A stretch of DNA of 64,000 nucleotides, from assembly GCF_036321535.1 (NCBI RefSeq), contig NC_087437.1, positions 82,338,001 to 82,402,000 of the forward strand, written 5' to 3'. This stretch comes from Camelus dromedarius. Its lineage: Eukaryota. This document shows positions 11,881 through 25,778 of the stretch, one piece after another; position 1 is the first letter of the stretch, and each line of letters begins with the position of its first letter. The position numbers and the translations under genes are program-made. Below the pieces are notes generated by a model. The model did no database searches. It saw only the letters and a program-made list of their open reading frames with translations, and was not told the origin of the DNA.

Positions 11881-13419
11881 GTAATATGATGGAGAAAAAT
11901 GTGTGTGCGTGTGTGTTGTGGGGTGGGGTTTAGAGTCAGAGAGGTGGTCTGAAATTGAGAGAAATTCTTTACTTTCCTGCCAGGAGAGTTGAAGTTTATG
12001 CTGGCTTGATACTCGGCTTTCAGACCAAAAGATCATATTCAACATGAATTCATTTCACAGACTTCAATAAACATTAGAATTTGCCACTAGTTCAAACGAG
12101 CTTATCTAAGATTATATTCCAAATGAACAGTAGCAGATAGAATTTTATTTTAAAATATACAAACAGCCAAACAATCAAGTGGTGCTTGGAATTCACACTG
12201 AAATGGTAATATTTATTTCTTATTATAGTAGTCATGAAAGAATTAAACTTAGAAGAAGCAGAAGTATTTATTTTAATTTATTCATTATGTTGTCACCAGG
12301 GATGGGCAGACTTGGTTGGATAGTACAAATTGGATTAAAGGTTTAACATAAAAATCAACTATTTAAGGGCTCAAAATGTTTAACTTTTTTTCCTTTTTCA
12401 TTTTTATATGTGTCTCTTGCTTTTTATGTTTTCAGCCAAGAGAGACAGTACTGAAATGTCATTAAAAAATGTTGATTTTGCAGTATTTCTCTGCCCTTGG
12501 GAACAGGAAATACCTAGAATTCTGCTAGTAAGATGGTTCTTATGAAATTTCTCATGTAATTTTTGTAATGAAGGGATTAAATATGTTTGGGGGAGTAGCC
12601 AGCATTAGGAACTTTGTCACTCTGATGCTCCAGACCCATTGACATTTTCCCCAAATGTTTCCTCTTCCATATGTTAAGGAATTACTTTTAAGATCAAATA
12701 ATGAGTATAATTTAGTCTATGCTGGTTTTGGATTTCATATTCCTTATGAATGTGAAATAGATTAAATAGAGGACACTTGAGAAGTAATGAATTCCAACAA
12801 TAATATCAACTGGTATAACGAAGAGGCTGAGCAAGTGACTTCAATGGCTTGAAAGTGGTATCGGCATTCTCTTCCCTTCGGGAGGAGGGAAGTGGGGGCT
12901 GAGTAGTAAGTGACAGTCAGCTCCACTAAGGCCTCCCAGGCTACCTAGACAGCTTTTTGGCTTGTATTTTGAACTTGTGGTCATTTGAGCCATGGAGCCA
13001 CTTAGCAATGAATTTTGTGAAATAATGTCACATAAAGGCCAAAACTGAAAAATTATTCTCTTCTCTTACTTCCTTGAATCACAGGAAAGAACTATGTCTC
13101 TTTTTAATATTTAGTTACTTGATATCCATGCCTTTTGTTTATTTTTTCACTATCGTAGATCACTTGAACTTATACAACATTTGAAAGAGAGGGAGAAATC
13201 CACTAATAGTCACTGAGTTCCCATTATGTTCTGGTCACTGTATAGGGTGCTTGGCTGTGCTTAGGAGGAAGAAGAGGCATTATTCCATTGACAAGTAGAT
13301 GGCTAGTCTGTCTCAGTCACAGGTTGTACTAAGTTATCAGTACTGGATGCAAATCATGGAGGGCAGCAGTCATGTCTTGGTGAAGTCAGTATGAGTTTTG
13401 GAGTCAGGTAGACTGTTGC

Positions 13420-13950
13420 CTGTTTATTATCAAACCCATTTTCTGTCTTTCCTCTGCTCCCCTCTCTGTGCTGCAGAGAAGATATCCTTGTTATTTCCAA
13501 GACTCCTTCATCAATCAGCTTCTCCCTAGGAGTGGCACTGGGAGCCACTGGCAGGAGACATGAGGGACAGAGGAAGGAGTAATCCAGGGTATTTCTTTCC
13601 ACCTCTCTGCTTCAGGGGTATCTTTACTTGTGACTGTGTCTTGTAAAGCTCCAATCCCTGCCAGACAGCTTGTTCTTCCATGGTCCAAACTTCTATTGTC
13701 TGAGCTGCTGGCTTCCAGCATCTACCATGTCTTCGACTCCTGAGCTCTGGTTACATCCCTCCCTCCCTTTGTCCAACCAACTCTGGGGATGATAGCAGCC
13801 TCTTATAGTTGGAAACTCCTGGTTGATTCCCATCCATGCTTGCCCTTTGGGCCCTTCTAAGACTTTTGGGACAAATACCCCATGACAGACTTCATCTGTT
13901 GAATTACCAGATACAGACATTCTCCTGGTCTCCTGGCTGCACCATGAATG
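13420..13950 (+). mobile_element. ERVL-class LTR relic (LTR33/LTR41-like)
   Basis: General similarity to old ERVL LTRs and to the 4286-4800 element; assignment by eye. Confidence 0.45.
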
Positions 13951-13969
13951 GAGCCCAGTCTACAAGATG

Positions 13970-14150
13970 TAGGTTAAAGTCTACATTTTACCTACCATGA
14001 GCAAGCCATTTGGGCAAGCGATTTAACTGTCTGAGGATATTTCCTCATCCATACTGTAGATTAATAAGGTCCTCCAAAAATTATGATGGAGCTTAAATGA
14101 GAGTCCTATCATGACACCTAGCACAATGCAAGCATCCAACAAATCTTAGC
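13970..14150 (+). mobile_element. MIR relic
   Basis: TTGGGCAAGCGATTTAACTGTCTGAGGATATTTCCTCATCCATA...TTAAATGAGA matches the MIR core and tail. Confidence 0.65.
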
Positions 14151-14183
14151 TCTTAAGCCTATGATTTAAAAACCAGGTCACTG

Positions 14184-14952
14184 GCATCATTAAAAAGTCC
14201 ACAAATGATAAATGCTGGGGAAGTTGTGGAGAAAAGGAAATCCTACACCATTGGTGGGAATGTGCAGCCATTATGGAAAACAGTATGGAGATTCCTCAAA
14301 AGACTAAAAATAGACTTACTATATTATCCAGCAATCCCACTCCTGGGCATATATCCGGAGGGAACCTTAATTGAAAGAGATACATGCACTCCAGTGTTCA
14401 TAGCAGCACTATATACAATAGCCAAGACATGGAAACAACCTAAATGTCTGTATATTTATACAATGGAATAGTACTTGGCAATAAAAAAGAATAAAATAAT
14501 GCCATTTGCAGCAACATGTGTGGACCTGGAGATCGTCATTCTAAGTGAAGTAAGCCAGAAAGAGAAAGACAAATACCATATGCTATCACTTGTATGTGTA
14601 ATCTAAAAAAAAAAAAAAAAAAAAGACACAAATAAACTTACAAAACAGAAACAGACTCACAGACATAGAAAACAAACATGGTTACCAGAGGAGAAAGGAG
14701 GTGGGAAGGGATAAACTGGGAGTTTGAAATTTGCAAGTACTAACATATATAAAATAGACAAACAACAAGTTTCTACTATACCACACAGGGAACTATATTC
14801 AGTATCTTGTAGGAACATATAGTGAAAAAGAATATGAAAATGAACATATATATGTATATGAATGACTGAAACTTTATGCTGTACACCTGAAATTGACAAC
14901 ATTGTAAACTGACTATACTTCAATTTAAAAACAAAACAAAACAAAAAAACAG
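14184..14952 (+). mobile_element. 5'-truncated LINE-1 (ORF2 C-terminus, 3'UTR, A-rich tail) with degenerate TSD
   Basis: Peptide [18 protein letters not shown]...PAIPLLGIYP and an L1 3'UTR. Flanks are AAAAACCAGGTCACTG (14168-14183) and AAAAACAGGGCACTG (14953-14967). Confidence 0.92.
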
Positions 14953-17269
14953 AAAAACAGGGCACTGCTCATTGCTCTCTAAACTCTCCAATTCAGAGAA
15001 TCCTATGGAAACAAAAGCATCGTGATCATATGAGTAAAACATCCATTTAAGAGGGTGTGGGTTGTTGGAAAAGTCATGGAATACAAATTGGTATTGTTTG
15101 GACATACTGTCTGTGGAGAAGAGCAGCTTGCTTATCTAGGAGAAAAAGATGAGACTAGGGTGTATTCCTGGCAAAGGGTCAACTGGGAGACAAAAGTTGG
15201 TTAAAAGACATTAAGGCGTGACTGTGGAACAAGAAGAGTGGGCAGCAAGTAGTTATAAAAGCTGAGGGCTTGTAAGGATAGCTTCTGGCTATGGGAACCA
15301 CCCGCAGATGAATGCAAACCCAATGTATCAGGGGAAAATGCTCCCTTGTGTGAAAAGAAGCGGTGTTACTGATCCCTTCTTGCCACACAATTTTGCTCAT
15401 CTACATTGAACATGAGATCAGAGCTCTTCTATGATGTTTGGTGATTTGAAATGGGCAGTTAGTTACTTGAAACAGAAAAGCTTGTAAGCTTACACCAGTT
15501 TATAGAATCATATCCAAAGAAAATCTTAGTCATCCAAAGCTTGACTGATTTAGGTATGTTCTTAACCTTCTTTCTTTTACTGAAAATATATAAGAAAGTA
15601 TAGTTAATTAGTGTGATAGACATGAGATTTGTGATAAAATGGATCATTTGTCTAAGGTGGTGATGCAGAAGAATTTTGGTTAACTTTAGTGTGTTCAGAG
15701 TGTTACATGAGTTTGGAAGACAGTGGGTATTCAATTAGTGCTTGTCGAATCAAACATGTATTAAATAAAAATATGGGCAATGTGAAATCACACGTTTTCC
15801 GAAAGTTTAACAAGATAATCACAGAAACAACTCACTATGAAATAATGAATGTGAAATACAAAATGTGTTACAAGTATAAGATAGCATTGTTACTCTAAAA
15901 GTACTTGATGTATCAGTGCAAGAATTGTTGGTATTAAATCTTGAATTATAGTTTTAATCTTGTAAGGGAGTGTCGGGTATTTGTCTCTGATTTTTATCTG
16001 TAATTTATTTGTAATTCATGGTACAATATAGGAGGCCTGGAAAATACAGACTTGAATCAGCTTTTGATGATAATGTATCTAGGTGGAATGCAAATAACGC
16101 AATTTAAAGATATTGTGACTGACTTTGGTATCTACACATCAAAACATGTTGGTTTAGTCCTGCTCTCCAAAGGTCTTGCCCTTTTTCTAGCCACTGAAAG
16201 CAAGATCACTCTGGCCCTCCCACAAGCTGCCTCATAGTATCTCCAGGCTAAATTTATCCTCTGGGTATGCCTGATACCAAGGAAACTGCACAAGCAGTTG
16301 CTTTGGGTCCAGTGCTTAACAGGGGGAACCCTGTTCTTTGTATATAGGGACAGACAATACTTTACTCTGGAACACTTGTTACCTTTGCTTTTGGGAAATA
16401 TTCATTCAGTATAGTAATACCCTTGATGGAATACCCATCAAGAATATTGGAAATGCTTAGAAATACAGATTTGGGGATAAGACATGGAAACTTGAAGTCA
16501 GAAGTAAAATCCCAGTGGTTCAGTCTTATTTACACTCTGGTTGAGGTTAATAACATTTAGTTAACCACTACCTTATGCAATCTTCCTTCAAATGAACTGA
16601 CACTTTTTCATAGGACTCTTTTGTGAATTCTTCCTACCTTAACTTTTTCAACATTACAAATAAAGTTTTCTTTAAAAGGGAGATAATTTAATATGCTGCC
16701 TAGATACAACTTGGGGAAAACAAGACACAAAGTCCTAAGTGAAAACAGGATGGCATTTCTTTTAAATATACCAATATGCTGAATTTTCACTTTCAATAAG
16801 ATTGCCCTGAAAAATAAATACAGTTTCAAATAGCCACTCTGAATAGCCCAAAGTGCTCTAAAATGTTTTGGCACCATTGATAGAAAATTAATTTGTGGTT
16901 TATTCAAATTACTCTACACGAGGAAAAAATAGCTCAGTAAATGAATGGAAACCAATTTCTTAATGTTTCTTATTTGCCTAATTGCTTTCCCAAGGAATAA
17001 AAAACAAATAGAAAGCTCATGAAAGATACAAGACATACTTATGGCCACAGGGCTTCCTTCCACGCATTCATAGCTTTACAGTTTCTTTTTTGAACCCATC
17101 ACTGGTACTACTTCACCATTATGGTCATTAACAAAACACAATCACCCATTCTCCACTATTTTCACCTTCTTCTGCTTTTTCTTCTTAAATCTTCCTCCTC
17201 TTCCTCCTCCTTTTCTTCCTCTTCCTCTAATCACCTCTTCTGCTTTCTCTTTTTCAACAAAAGAATCTT

Positions 17270-17640
17270 TGTTAAGCATTTTCTGGGCAAAGGATACTGC
17301 GGATTCAAAAGTGAAATGTCAATAGTACATAGGAAGAAAGATGTGGGTGTTAGAAAGTGAATCGGAAGAGTCTTTGTGGGGGAGGGATAATGGAGGCACG
17401 TCCAAGAAACAAGCAGTCCATCAGTCTGGCTGGAGTGAAAAGAAGTAGTGGAAGTAAGGAGGGGAAGGTAGATGGGTCCCTGATTGTCAAAGCCCTTGAA
17501 AGCCAGGCTTGGGTATCCACTCTGTAGGCAATGAAGAACTGTCAGTAGTTTCTAAATATGAACATATGCTGAAGAGTGATTGGGAAGGTCAACATATTAG
17601 TTAAAGTATAAGGTCAGCTGGTCTAAGAGAAACCAACAAT
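17270..17640 (-). mobile_element. L2 relic
   Basis: Purine-rich L2 antisense motifs (GTCTGGCTGGAGTG...AAAGCCCTTGAAAGCCAGGCT...CTGTAGGCAATGAAGAACTG). Confidence 0.55.
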
Positions 17641-18000
17641 AAAAGTGGCTAACCAAGATTGAAGTTTATTTCTGTTTATGAACCGTCTAGGGTTAAGCAG
17701 TTCAGATGGGCAGTATGGTTCCACGGAATCAGGCTCCAGGACCCCTCTGACCTTGTTGCTTCACCATCCCTATGGCTTGTCCTTGTCCACATGGTCCGTG
17801 ATGGATTGCCTTGACTTTGATGTGTCTGCTGCAGGAAAGGGGGATGGGGAGGGCAGGTGCTTACCTAAAACAGTTTTGTTAGTATAGAAAAGGATACTAG
17901 GGAACAATTATCAAGCTTGGTAGGCAGCAGTATGCAGAATATACTAACATAGGGTGTCTGGCTTTGTTCCTTTAGGCTTGCATATGCAGGCTTCTGAACT
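17640..18000. mobile_element. MaLR (MLT1-type) LTR relic
   Basis: GTTTATTTCT...AAGCAGTTCAGATGGGCAGTATGGTTCCAC...CAGGACCC...CCACATGGTCC resembles MLT1J/K/L LTRs. Confidence 0.5.
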
Positions 18001-18079
18001 ACATGTTCCTGGGGCCCTTGAGGGGAAATTAGACCATTCCTTGGAGAGATTCTGGTAACAAAGAGATGTAAATGGTGCA

Positions 18080-18270
18080 TGGAAGAAGTAGCCTACTTAG
18101 TGTCAAAGGAGTTAGATTTAAATCTCAAGTTATTACTTCTTAATGAGTGACTTTGCACAGGTTACCTAAACTTACTGAATCTCAATTTTATGATCTGTGT
18201 ATGAGCTTACACTTTCTCTTCTTGTCATAGAGTTTGTCATAAGAATTAAAAATCAGCAAAGTACTATCAT
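18080..18270 (+). mobile_element. MIR relic
   Basis: GAGTGACTTTGCACAGGTTACCTAAACTTACTGAATCTCAATTTTATGATCTGT is MIR-core-like. Confidence 0.55.
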
Positions 18271-19833
18271 TGCCTTGCCTTATCTATAGAATATAGATAT
18301 AAGCTCTTTATGGGTATGTGTGTATAAGACAGAGAGACTCCTTTAAAAAGGAGTAAGAATAATATCAGGGAACAAGCAAGAAAATGACAATGATATGACT
18401 GATCTTTATTCATTTCTTGATCTCCAGTGCATGACACATGGCATGCTCTACACGTGTTGGTTGGGTTTGTTTTTTTAAACTGCAAGTTTTACTTTAAAAC
18501 ATCACATACAAATGATTTTAGAGAAATGATACTTACTTGGAGTTTGTCATGCCTTTCTTTGTCTCCTTATCAACTGTCTGGAATAGACCACATTGTAGAA
18601 AATGAAGGTGTGGTTTAGTATAATATTTCTGTTGTTTCTCATATTATCAGGAGGACATCTAAAGTACATCAATATTTAAAACATATGTAACAGTTGTGTT
18701 TTTCATTTTTTTTTAAATCATCTTTTCCTGAAGGCTTCCTGTTATTAAGGCTAAGCTGTAAAGTTTTTTGCCCCAGGAATGAGTCTCAAAAATGACATTT
18801 TGAGTCCATGGTTATATAATGGTTTTGAAATTTAGTTTTCTTGAGAAGGAAGAGGATTTATTAAATTTCTAATTCTCCTTCATTATAAATATCAAAACCC
18901 AAGCCTGGCCCACTTGCTTCACAGAGTGTTATTATAAGTCATGTAAAGAAATGTTGGATTCTGTTTTAAGGAAATTTCCCATCAGGGTACTTAGGTGTTT
19001 TGTTTTGTGGTTTGTTTTGTTTTCCCATGGAGACGGTAAGTTAGGAGGAAGAGAAACCAGAAGTCAGATATTTGTACTAGTTTTCCTCTCTTGGAGAAAA
19101 CCCCAAGAAGTAGAAGTAAGAAGCAGGAATACCTACATAATTTTGGGCAATTCCTGGTGTAGGGGGCGCTTGCTCCTTGCTTTTCAGACAAAGAGTGTCG
19201 AAGCCAACCCCTTATAGAATTTTTCTTCCTGTATTTGTTGGATCATTACGGTGCCAACCAGGTAAGTAACTGCCTGTCAAGGCAAATAGACTAGACCTGA
19301 TGTGCTGGTAACCTATAGGCTGGATGTGGCCTTTAGAGGATCTAAATATTTCTGTATGCCTTGGGGAGGAGACACCTAAGCACTAAATCAGGACAGGGAA
19401 TCAGCAGAAGTTAAAGTATTGCCATGCCAGAGCCCAGTTTCATCTCAGCAGTTACCATAGAAGGATTCCTAGGGACAAGACCAGATCAACCACTATGTAC
19501 TAGAAAGGGAAGAAAATAGCAGTAAAGGGTATGTAAGCCTCCCCTGCACCTAGGTGCCAGTTTTGGAAGGTGAAGCAGAGTTGGGGAGAATCCCTATAAA
19601 AGTGAGAAACTTACAACTGACTGAATTAACACAAAGGAAATAATTTTAACTTGGAGAAAAAGGGCTTTTTTTGTCCCCTACCTTAATCAGAGTTCTAGAG
19701 AAAGATAAGTTACAGATAATAGTAAAAGGTGTAGTGTGTATCTGGGTTATTGCATATGTATTTCGGCCCTACTACAAGTACTTAAATCCAGTACTATCCC
19801 AAATTGAACACTGACGTTCACTCGCACTTAAAC

Positions 19834-19928
19834 TATATGTATGACTGAAACATGCTGTACACCTGAAATTGACCCATTGTAACTGATGGTACTTCAAATA
19901 ATTAAATTATTTTAAGTAAAAAAAAAAA
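19834..19928 (+). mobile_element. Short L1 3' end with A tail
   Basis: TATATGTATGACTGAAACATGCTGTACACCTGAAATTGAC...ACTTCAA closely matches the 3' terminus of the 14184-14952 L1. Confidence 0.8.
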
Positions 19929-21510
19929 GTATATGCTATTTTGGTCAGTGATTGCATAGTAAGATAGCCTCTTTTTATAAAAGAGAAGCCATTGATTTCA
20001 GAACTTTCATAACCTCTGAATTTATTCATGACTAGGTGGTAGGGTTGAGAAATTTAAACTGTTCAAGAGAAACCCAACTGGCCTCCATGAGCAGTTGTAA
20101 GAGAATTTGGAACTTCCACAGGAGGTCAGTGAACATCCTGTGGAAGACATAGGGAGGAGGGAGAAAACGCCTGTTGCCAGTCAAAGGTAGGGCCTGGAGG
20201 CAGAGCCAGGGCACCCACTCCACTTGGTTTTGTGCCTGCTGTTTGGCTTGGCAGAGCCAGGCTCCTTTGCAGGAGGGAAATGGTTTCTACATTGGTCCAC
20301 AGACCAAAAGCTCGTGGACTCAAAAGAAAGGAGGATTGAGTTGTTCTGGCTAAATAGATTTGGTTCATTTCCCTGAGACCTCCCCAAACACATTGATAGT
20401 TTCACAAGAATGAAGTTAAGGCAGTGATGACAAAGAAGACATTATAACTGCAGTCTGAATTGCCAGTTAGTGTAATATTTACTTGTTAATCGTTCTGTGA
20501 AGAAGAAAAATTCCAAGTAAGTCATCTAATCTATCTTTCTAGTGGTACAGGATCACCACCTACTAATTATTAAGGGTTAGGTAACAGATTTAAAATTTTC
20601 TGAGTTATGAGGGAAAAATAACTTCAGATAATCCAAAAGGAGATACTTGGAAGAAAGCATCACTGCTGGGCAGCCCTGTCCTATAATTAAATGTATTTGC
20701 CAAGGAGCTCATAGTCTAAGGAGATAGGCAAGGAGCATGCACTTATATTGTAACAAGTATTTTCATATTTAATCATTCTTGTGTCAGAGTGTCATCAAGT
20801 GCCATCCTTGTGCCAAATACTAGCATAGATGCTGGGAACATAACAGTTTGCTCTCTACCTGGACTGATGAATCTGAATGATTCATTTGAATGAAGGAAGT
20901 GCTAAGAGAAGGGCTTACAGAGCCCTAGAAGAGCATGAAGATGTGATGAAGAGGGAACAAGTTTGTGAAATCAGAGAAGGCTTCATGTAGGAGGTGGTAT
21001 TTGTGAGAATTTCTTCTACAAAGCCACATGGAGTCTCATCTATAATAGTGCAGGGGCTTTAATGAATATGCAGTTTTCCTAATTTTCTTAAAAAACAAAT
21101 GAATTGATCAACAGGGGGAGTTTCTTTAGTATTCTCCTGAAGACAACCTGAAATGAGGATATCCAGTCTTTTTTTTTTTTTAATGGTATTGAAAAAACAT
21201 ATTTTGATCATTGCTAAGGTAAAATCATCTCCAACAAGTTGCATTGTGCTAGATGACTTGGGAACTGTCATTATGAAAACCAGGGTCTACTGAAGCAAAG
21301 GTGAGCAGAGAAATGGGGTTTGTCAGAGATGTGTTCTGTGGAGTTCACCTTCTCGTACCCTTTCCTTCCTGACCCCTTTACCTCTTCCCCTTGACCATGG
21401 GGATGTATATCTGGGGTTCCTCCATTCTTCTGTCTCCTTGCTGAGTAGGAAAGATGTAGACAAATTCATTGGCAATCAGTTTTAAAAACTTTTTTTGATA
21501 GAAACTTGGT

Positions 21511-21842
21511 CTTTATTTTTATTTTTTTAAAAATATTTTTATTGAAGTATAGTCCGTTTACAATGTTGTGTCAGTTTCTGGTGTACAGCAGAATACTTCA
21601 GTCATACAGGAACATATGCGTATTATTTTTCATATTCTTTTTAACCATAAGTGACACAAGATATTGAATATAGTTCCCTGTGCTATACATTATGAACTTG
21701 TTGTTTATCTATTTTATATATAGTGGTTAGTATCTGCAAATCTTAAACTTGCAATTTATCCCTTCCCACCCCCTTCCCCCACTGGTGACCACAAGTTTGT
21801 TCTCTATGTTTGTGAGTCTGTTTCTATTTTGTAAATAAGTTC
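21511..21842 (-). mobile_element. 5'-truncated L1 3'UTR
   Basis: TTTTTATTGAAGTATAGTCCGTTTACAATGTTGTG...TGTGAGTCTGTTTCTATTTTGTAAATAAGTTC is homologous to the reverse complement of 14630-14925. Confidence 0.9.
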
Positions 21843-23229
21843 TTAATAGTTTCCTCTTCTCTCGGAACTCTGGTTGTTAAAGAAATTTATAGGAGGAATA
21901 CTATGCTTAACCATAAAGAAAGATAACATTTCTAATATGAAGACACTTTGATGGTAGAGAGATATATATATTGTCAAAGAAATGCCACTGTCACAGACAC
22001 CTCTTTTGCTTGGGTGTCAGACTAACTCTTGATTACAACCAAAAAAAAAAAAAAAAAAAAAAATTCCTGGAAAGGAATTTTAGGATTTTCACATGAGCTA
22101 TAAAGACAGAGCCTGTATGACTACAAAATCCTAGTCATGGTATTATTTATACTTTAAAAGCTCATGAATGAGAGTTTCTTACTACCTGAGACCTATAGAT
22201 ACATGTAAAAATTCTACATTTTTATTCCCAATGTAGACGTGAGTGATGAGGGTAAAGGAAAAAGGAATAACAGGAAAAAAAGTTTTTTGTATATATAAAT
22301 ATACACATATATAATATGTTTGTGTATGTATAAGTGTGTGTGTTATACATAACACAAGATGTTATACTAAATGGTGTTTGGTTGTGTTGCCAAGAATCAT
22401 AGAAAACTGGAAAATTTTAATTCAATTCATTATTTTCTTTGTGTCTGGCACTGTCATTTTCCACCTCCAGAACACATGAACTTTTCAGCTTCTGAATTGA
22501 TTGTTTGTTTTTAGCCATTTAACTGGTTGAACTCTGAACCCAGAGTAAACTGATTCCAGGGTGATTTCCTGTCAAAACTTAGTGTAGATCATTTTTTAGA
22601 GAAGGCTTGTGATTAATCATACCGACAAGATTTCAGTGATTTTCAGTTTCCCTACCATACATGTTTTTTGCTGTTGCTCAGTATATCCCTATACATTTTT
22701 CTTTGTTATTTCAGTTTATTGTGTTCTATTGTATGCAACCTGTTACTCCATTTAAGATAATTCTCATTCACCTAAATTCCCCTGATTATTCTGGGGAATT
22801 AATTACTATGTTGATCTATATTGAGCCCAGCTATGAAGTACAGATTTTTTTTCTTTCTGCATATTTTTTTCTTTTTTTTAGTTTCACCAAAACTTTAAAC
22901 AGCTCCCACTATAGTTAGTGAAAAATTCTTGCCTATTTAACATTGTATTTATTGATGAATTTCATTTCAGTTGCTTATGATTTCTTTTGAATGTCAAGTA
23001 GAAGAAATCATGTAAAAAATGCAATATCTCTGCAACTCATAAAATCTTAAAATCTAATTTTCAGTTTGACACAAAATTCAAAAACAACCAAACTGTCCAA
23101 ATACAACTTCTTGGAAACATTTCCAGATTGATTCCAAATATTCTTTTGTAGCTCTGAGTCCCATTTTCCTCCACATATTTGTTAATTTTCATTTTTCTTC
23201 CCCCAAGTTTCTGAAAAGTGAGAGTTCAG

Positions 23230-24400
23230 ACAAGAATCATATGATTGTTGACACACAGACTCATTAGGTTGGATAAGACCTTCATAGTTATTTTATTCAT
23301 CTACTCATTGCATTTTTAAATCTCCTTTATAATATCCTCTCCTGGAGATAATCTGGCTTATTCTTGAATGTCTCCTTTTAAAAAAGAAAAATTACTAGTT
23401 TTCAAAGCAATCCATTCCATATTTGAGCAGCTATTCAGAAATTTTCTCCTCCCAGAACTTTTCTCCCCTTGGTCTTGGTTCTGGAATTGTCTTAGAGTTA
23501 TAACCCCTTTGGAGTTATTTTCAGCAAGTCAATCACTTGTAAATCTTTCACTATTTTATGTAAGCAACTGTTGGCCCCTAGAGTCTTTACTTTTTCCCTC
23601 ACAAGTCCACCCTCTCCCATTTTTATGGTCATTGCTGACATTATCTGGATGACTACTGCTCTTAGAAACATGCTTCAGTTTGTAGTCTCTCTGGAGGATA
23701 GTGTCCCAAATTGGACACAAACTCCAGATGTGCCCAAAACAAGTACCATCCTTCCTCATTCTAACATGATAAACTTCAATCAGTAAATCCCAAGATTGCA
23801 TATTAGGAATTGAGGGCATCATACTTCATTGTTGACTCATAGGAGGCTTACTGTTGACTTAAGCCATAAGTCATGTCCTTACCTCTTCATATTGAGCCCT
23901 TCACTACTCAGAACTCAAACTGTTTTCTGGGCCTCAGTGCAGAACTTTAAATGTATCTCCTTTAAAACTCCTCTTATTATATTCAGCCTGACTTGTAAAG
24001 ATGATTTTACTTTTTACTGGGCCCTAAATTAAACATAATCACGTATGAATTTATTATCATTTCCATCTTTCTACAAATTCAGAATGCCTACCTCCCGTAT
24101 TTTTATATGAATCATTGATAAAATTATGTGATACGAGAGAATCAAGGCCAGCTCTCTCTAACTTTACATGAACCCATTGCATGTGTCTCTTCAAAAATTA
24201 CAAATGCAATTAACTGAATGATCATCTCATCCCCATTTCCCCATATTATCAACCAGGCTATTGAAAGAATACTTCGTAAAATGCAGATATTGCATGTTTT
24301 GTATCTACATTTTTTTTGCCTGCCAAAGTAGGGAAAGTGGGTTAATCTGATGTGATCTATTAACGCACTCAAGTTAACTCCCAGTAGAAACTATTAACTG
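23230..24400 (-). mobile_element. Ancient CR1/L3 LINE relic
   Basis: CR1-like landmarks on the + strand: AGAATCATA...GGTTGGATAAGACC at the 3' end, CCCAAATTGGACACAAACTCCAGATGTG, and ATCATTGATAAAATT (RT region). Confidence 0.55.
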
Positions 24401-24838
24401 TCCGTGTCCTCACAATATTGCTCTATGCTGGAGTCCTGTTGACATTGGTGTGTGTTCACTGTCCTTTGATACGTGCTATTCCATCTCCTTCTCTTTTTCA
24501 AACTAAGATGTTTCATGGGTCTGCAATCTTCTACCTCCTCTTCTAGTCTTTCATTACTTCACAGGTACACCTCATACTTGCATTTTTCTTAGCCACAGGG
24601 GATGATATCCCCTCTAACAGAATTATAGGCTCCTTTTTAGAGAACAGAATATCCTATTAAAAGTTATTAAAACATCGAAAGTTTCAGTCCCCTCTTGCTA
24701 GTGTCTGCAGCATGATAATCATTCTGAGAGAAGATGGAGATCATATAAGAGGTGTGAATCTTTATCATCGCTCCATTATCTTTCAACCCTAAATTGTGGG
24801 CTTCAAATGTACGCCTGTAACTCTTACAAATTCACTGT

Positions 24839-25778
24839 TAGGAGAATGAAAAGACAATCTAGGGGAAAATATTTTCAAATCGCATATCTGATAAAGGGCT
24901 TATACCCAGAATATAAAGGAACACTGAAAAGGCAATAATAGGAAAATAACCCAATTAAAAATAGGCAAAAGATCTGAACTGTCACTTTACCAATGAAATA
25001 TATGGGTGGTAAATAAGCACATGAAATCATGCTCAACATAATTAGTCATTTGGGACGTGCAAATTAAAACCATGTAAGATATCACTGAACATTAATTAGA
25101 AATGCTTAAACAAACATATAAACAAAAACTGATGATACCAAGTGTGGGCAAGGATATAGAGAAACTTGAACTCTAGTACAAAGCCAATGGAAATGCTAAG
25201 TGGTTCAGCCACTTTTGAAATCAGTTCAGCAGTTTCTTATAATGTTAAACATACACTTAGTATACAAACCTAGCAATCTCATTCCATAAGTACTTATTCT
25301 CAAGGTATTAAAACCTACATCACCCAAAAACCTGAATGGGAATGTTTATAGTGGCTTTATTTGTAATTGCCAGTAACTGAAAACAACCCAAATGGCTCTC
25401 ACCTATGGTCTAACAAGGTGATGGAAAACTACACATCAATGAAAAAGAACACACGATTGATACGTGTAACAAGGTTGATGAATCTTAAATGTATTGTGCT
25501 AGTGAAAGAAACAAGGCTTATAAGGCTGATGACTGTATAATTCTATGGATATGACATTCTTTCAAAGGCAAAACCATAAGGACAGAATAGATAGGTGGTT
25601 ATCATTGGCTGGACAAGGAGGGAGGGATTGACTCCAGAGAGGTGAGGGAGAATTCTTCTGGTTTGATAGAACTGTTCTGTAACTTGATAATAGTGGTAGG
25701 TAGTTACACATGATCATCTGTGTTTGTCAAATTACAGAATTATATATGTGAAAGGGAAATTTTCTGGATTTAAATTAA
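24839..25778 (+). mobile_element. Old L1 (L1MC/L1MB-like) ORF2 3' end and 3'UTR
   Basis: GAGAATGAAAAGACAA...CATATCTGATAAAGGGCT...AATAAGCACATGAAATCATGCTCAACATAATTAGTCATT...GACATTCTTTCAAAGGCAAAAC. Confidence 0.85.

Noticed and set aside
17165..17255. CT-rich tract giving a poly-Ser ORF (similar tracts at ~11170-11250 and ~44980-45080)
   Set aside because: Simple low-complexity sequence.
22041..22063. Isolated poly(A)/poly(T) runs (also ~959-976, ~8354-8373, ~9784-9797) as processed-pseudogene tails
   Set aside because: I found no adjacent recognisable cDNA body or TSD.
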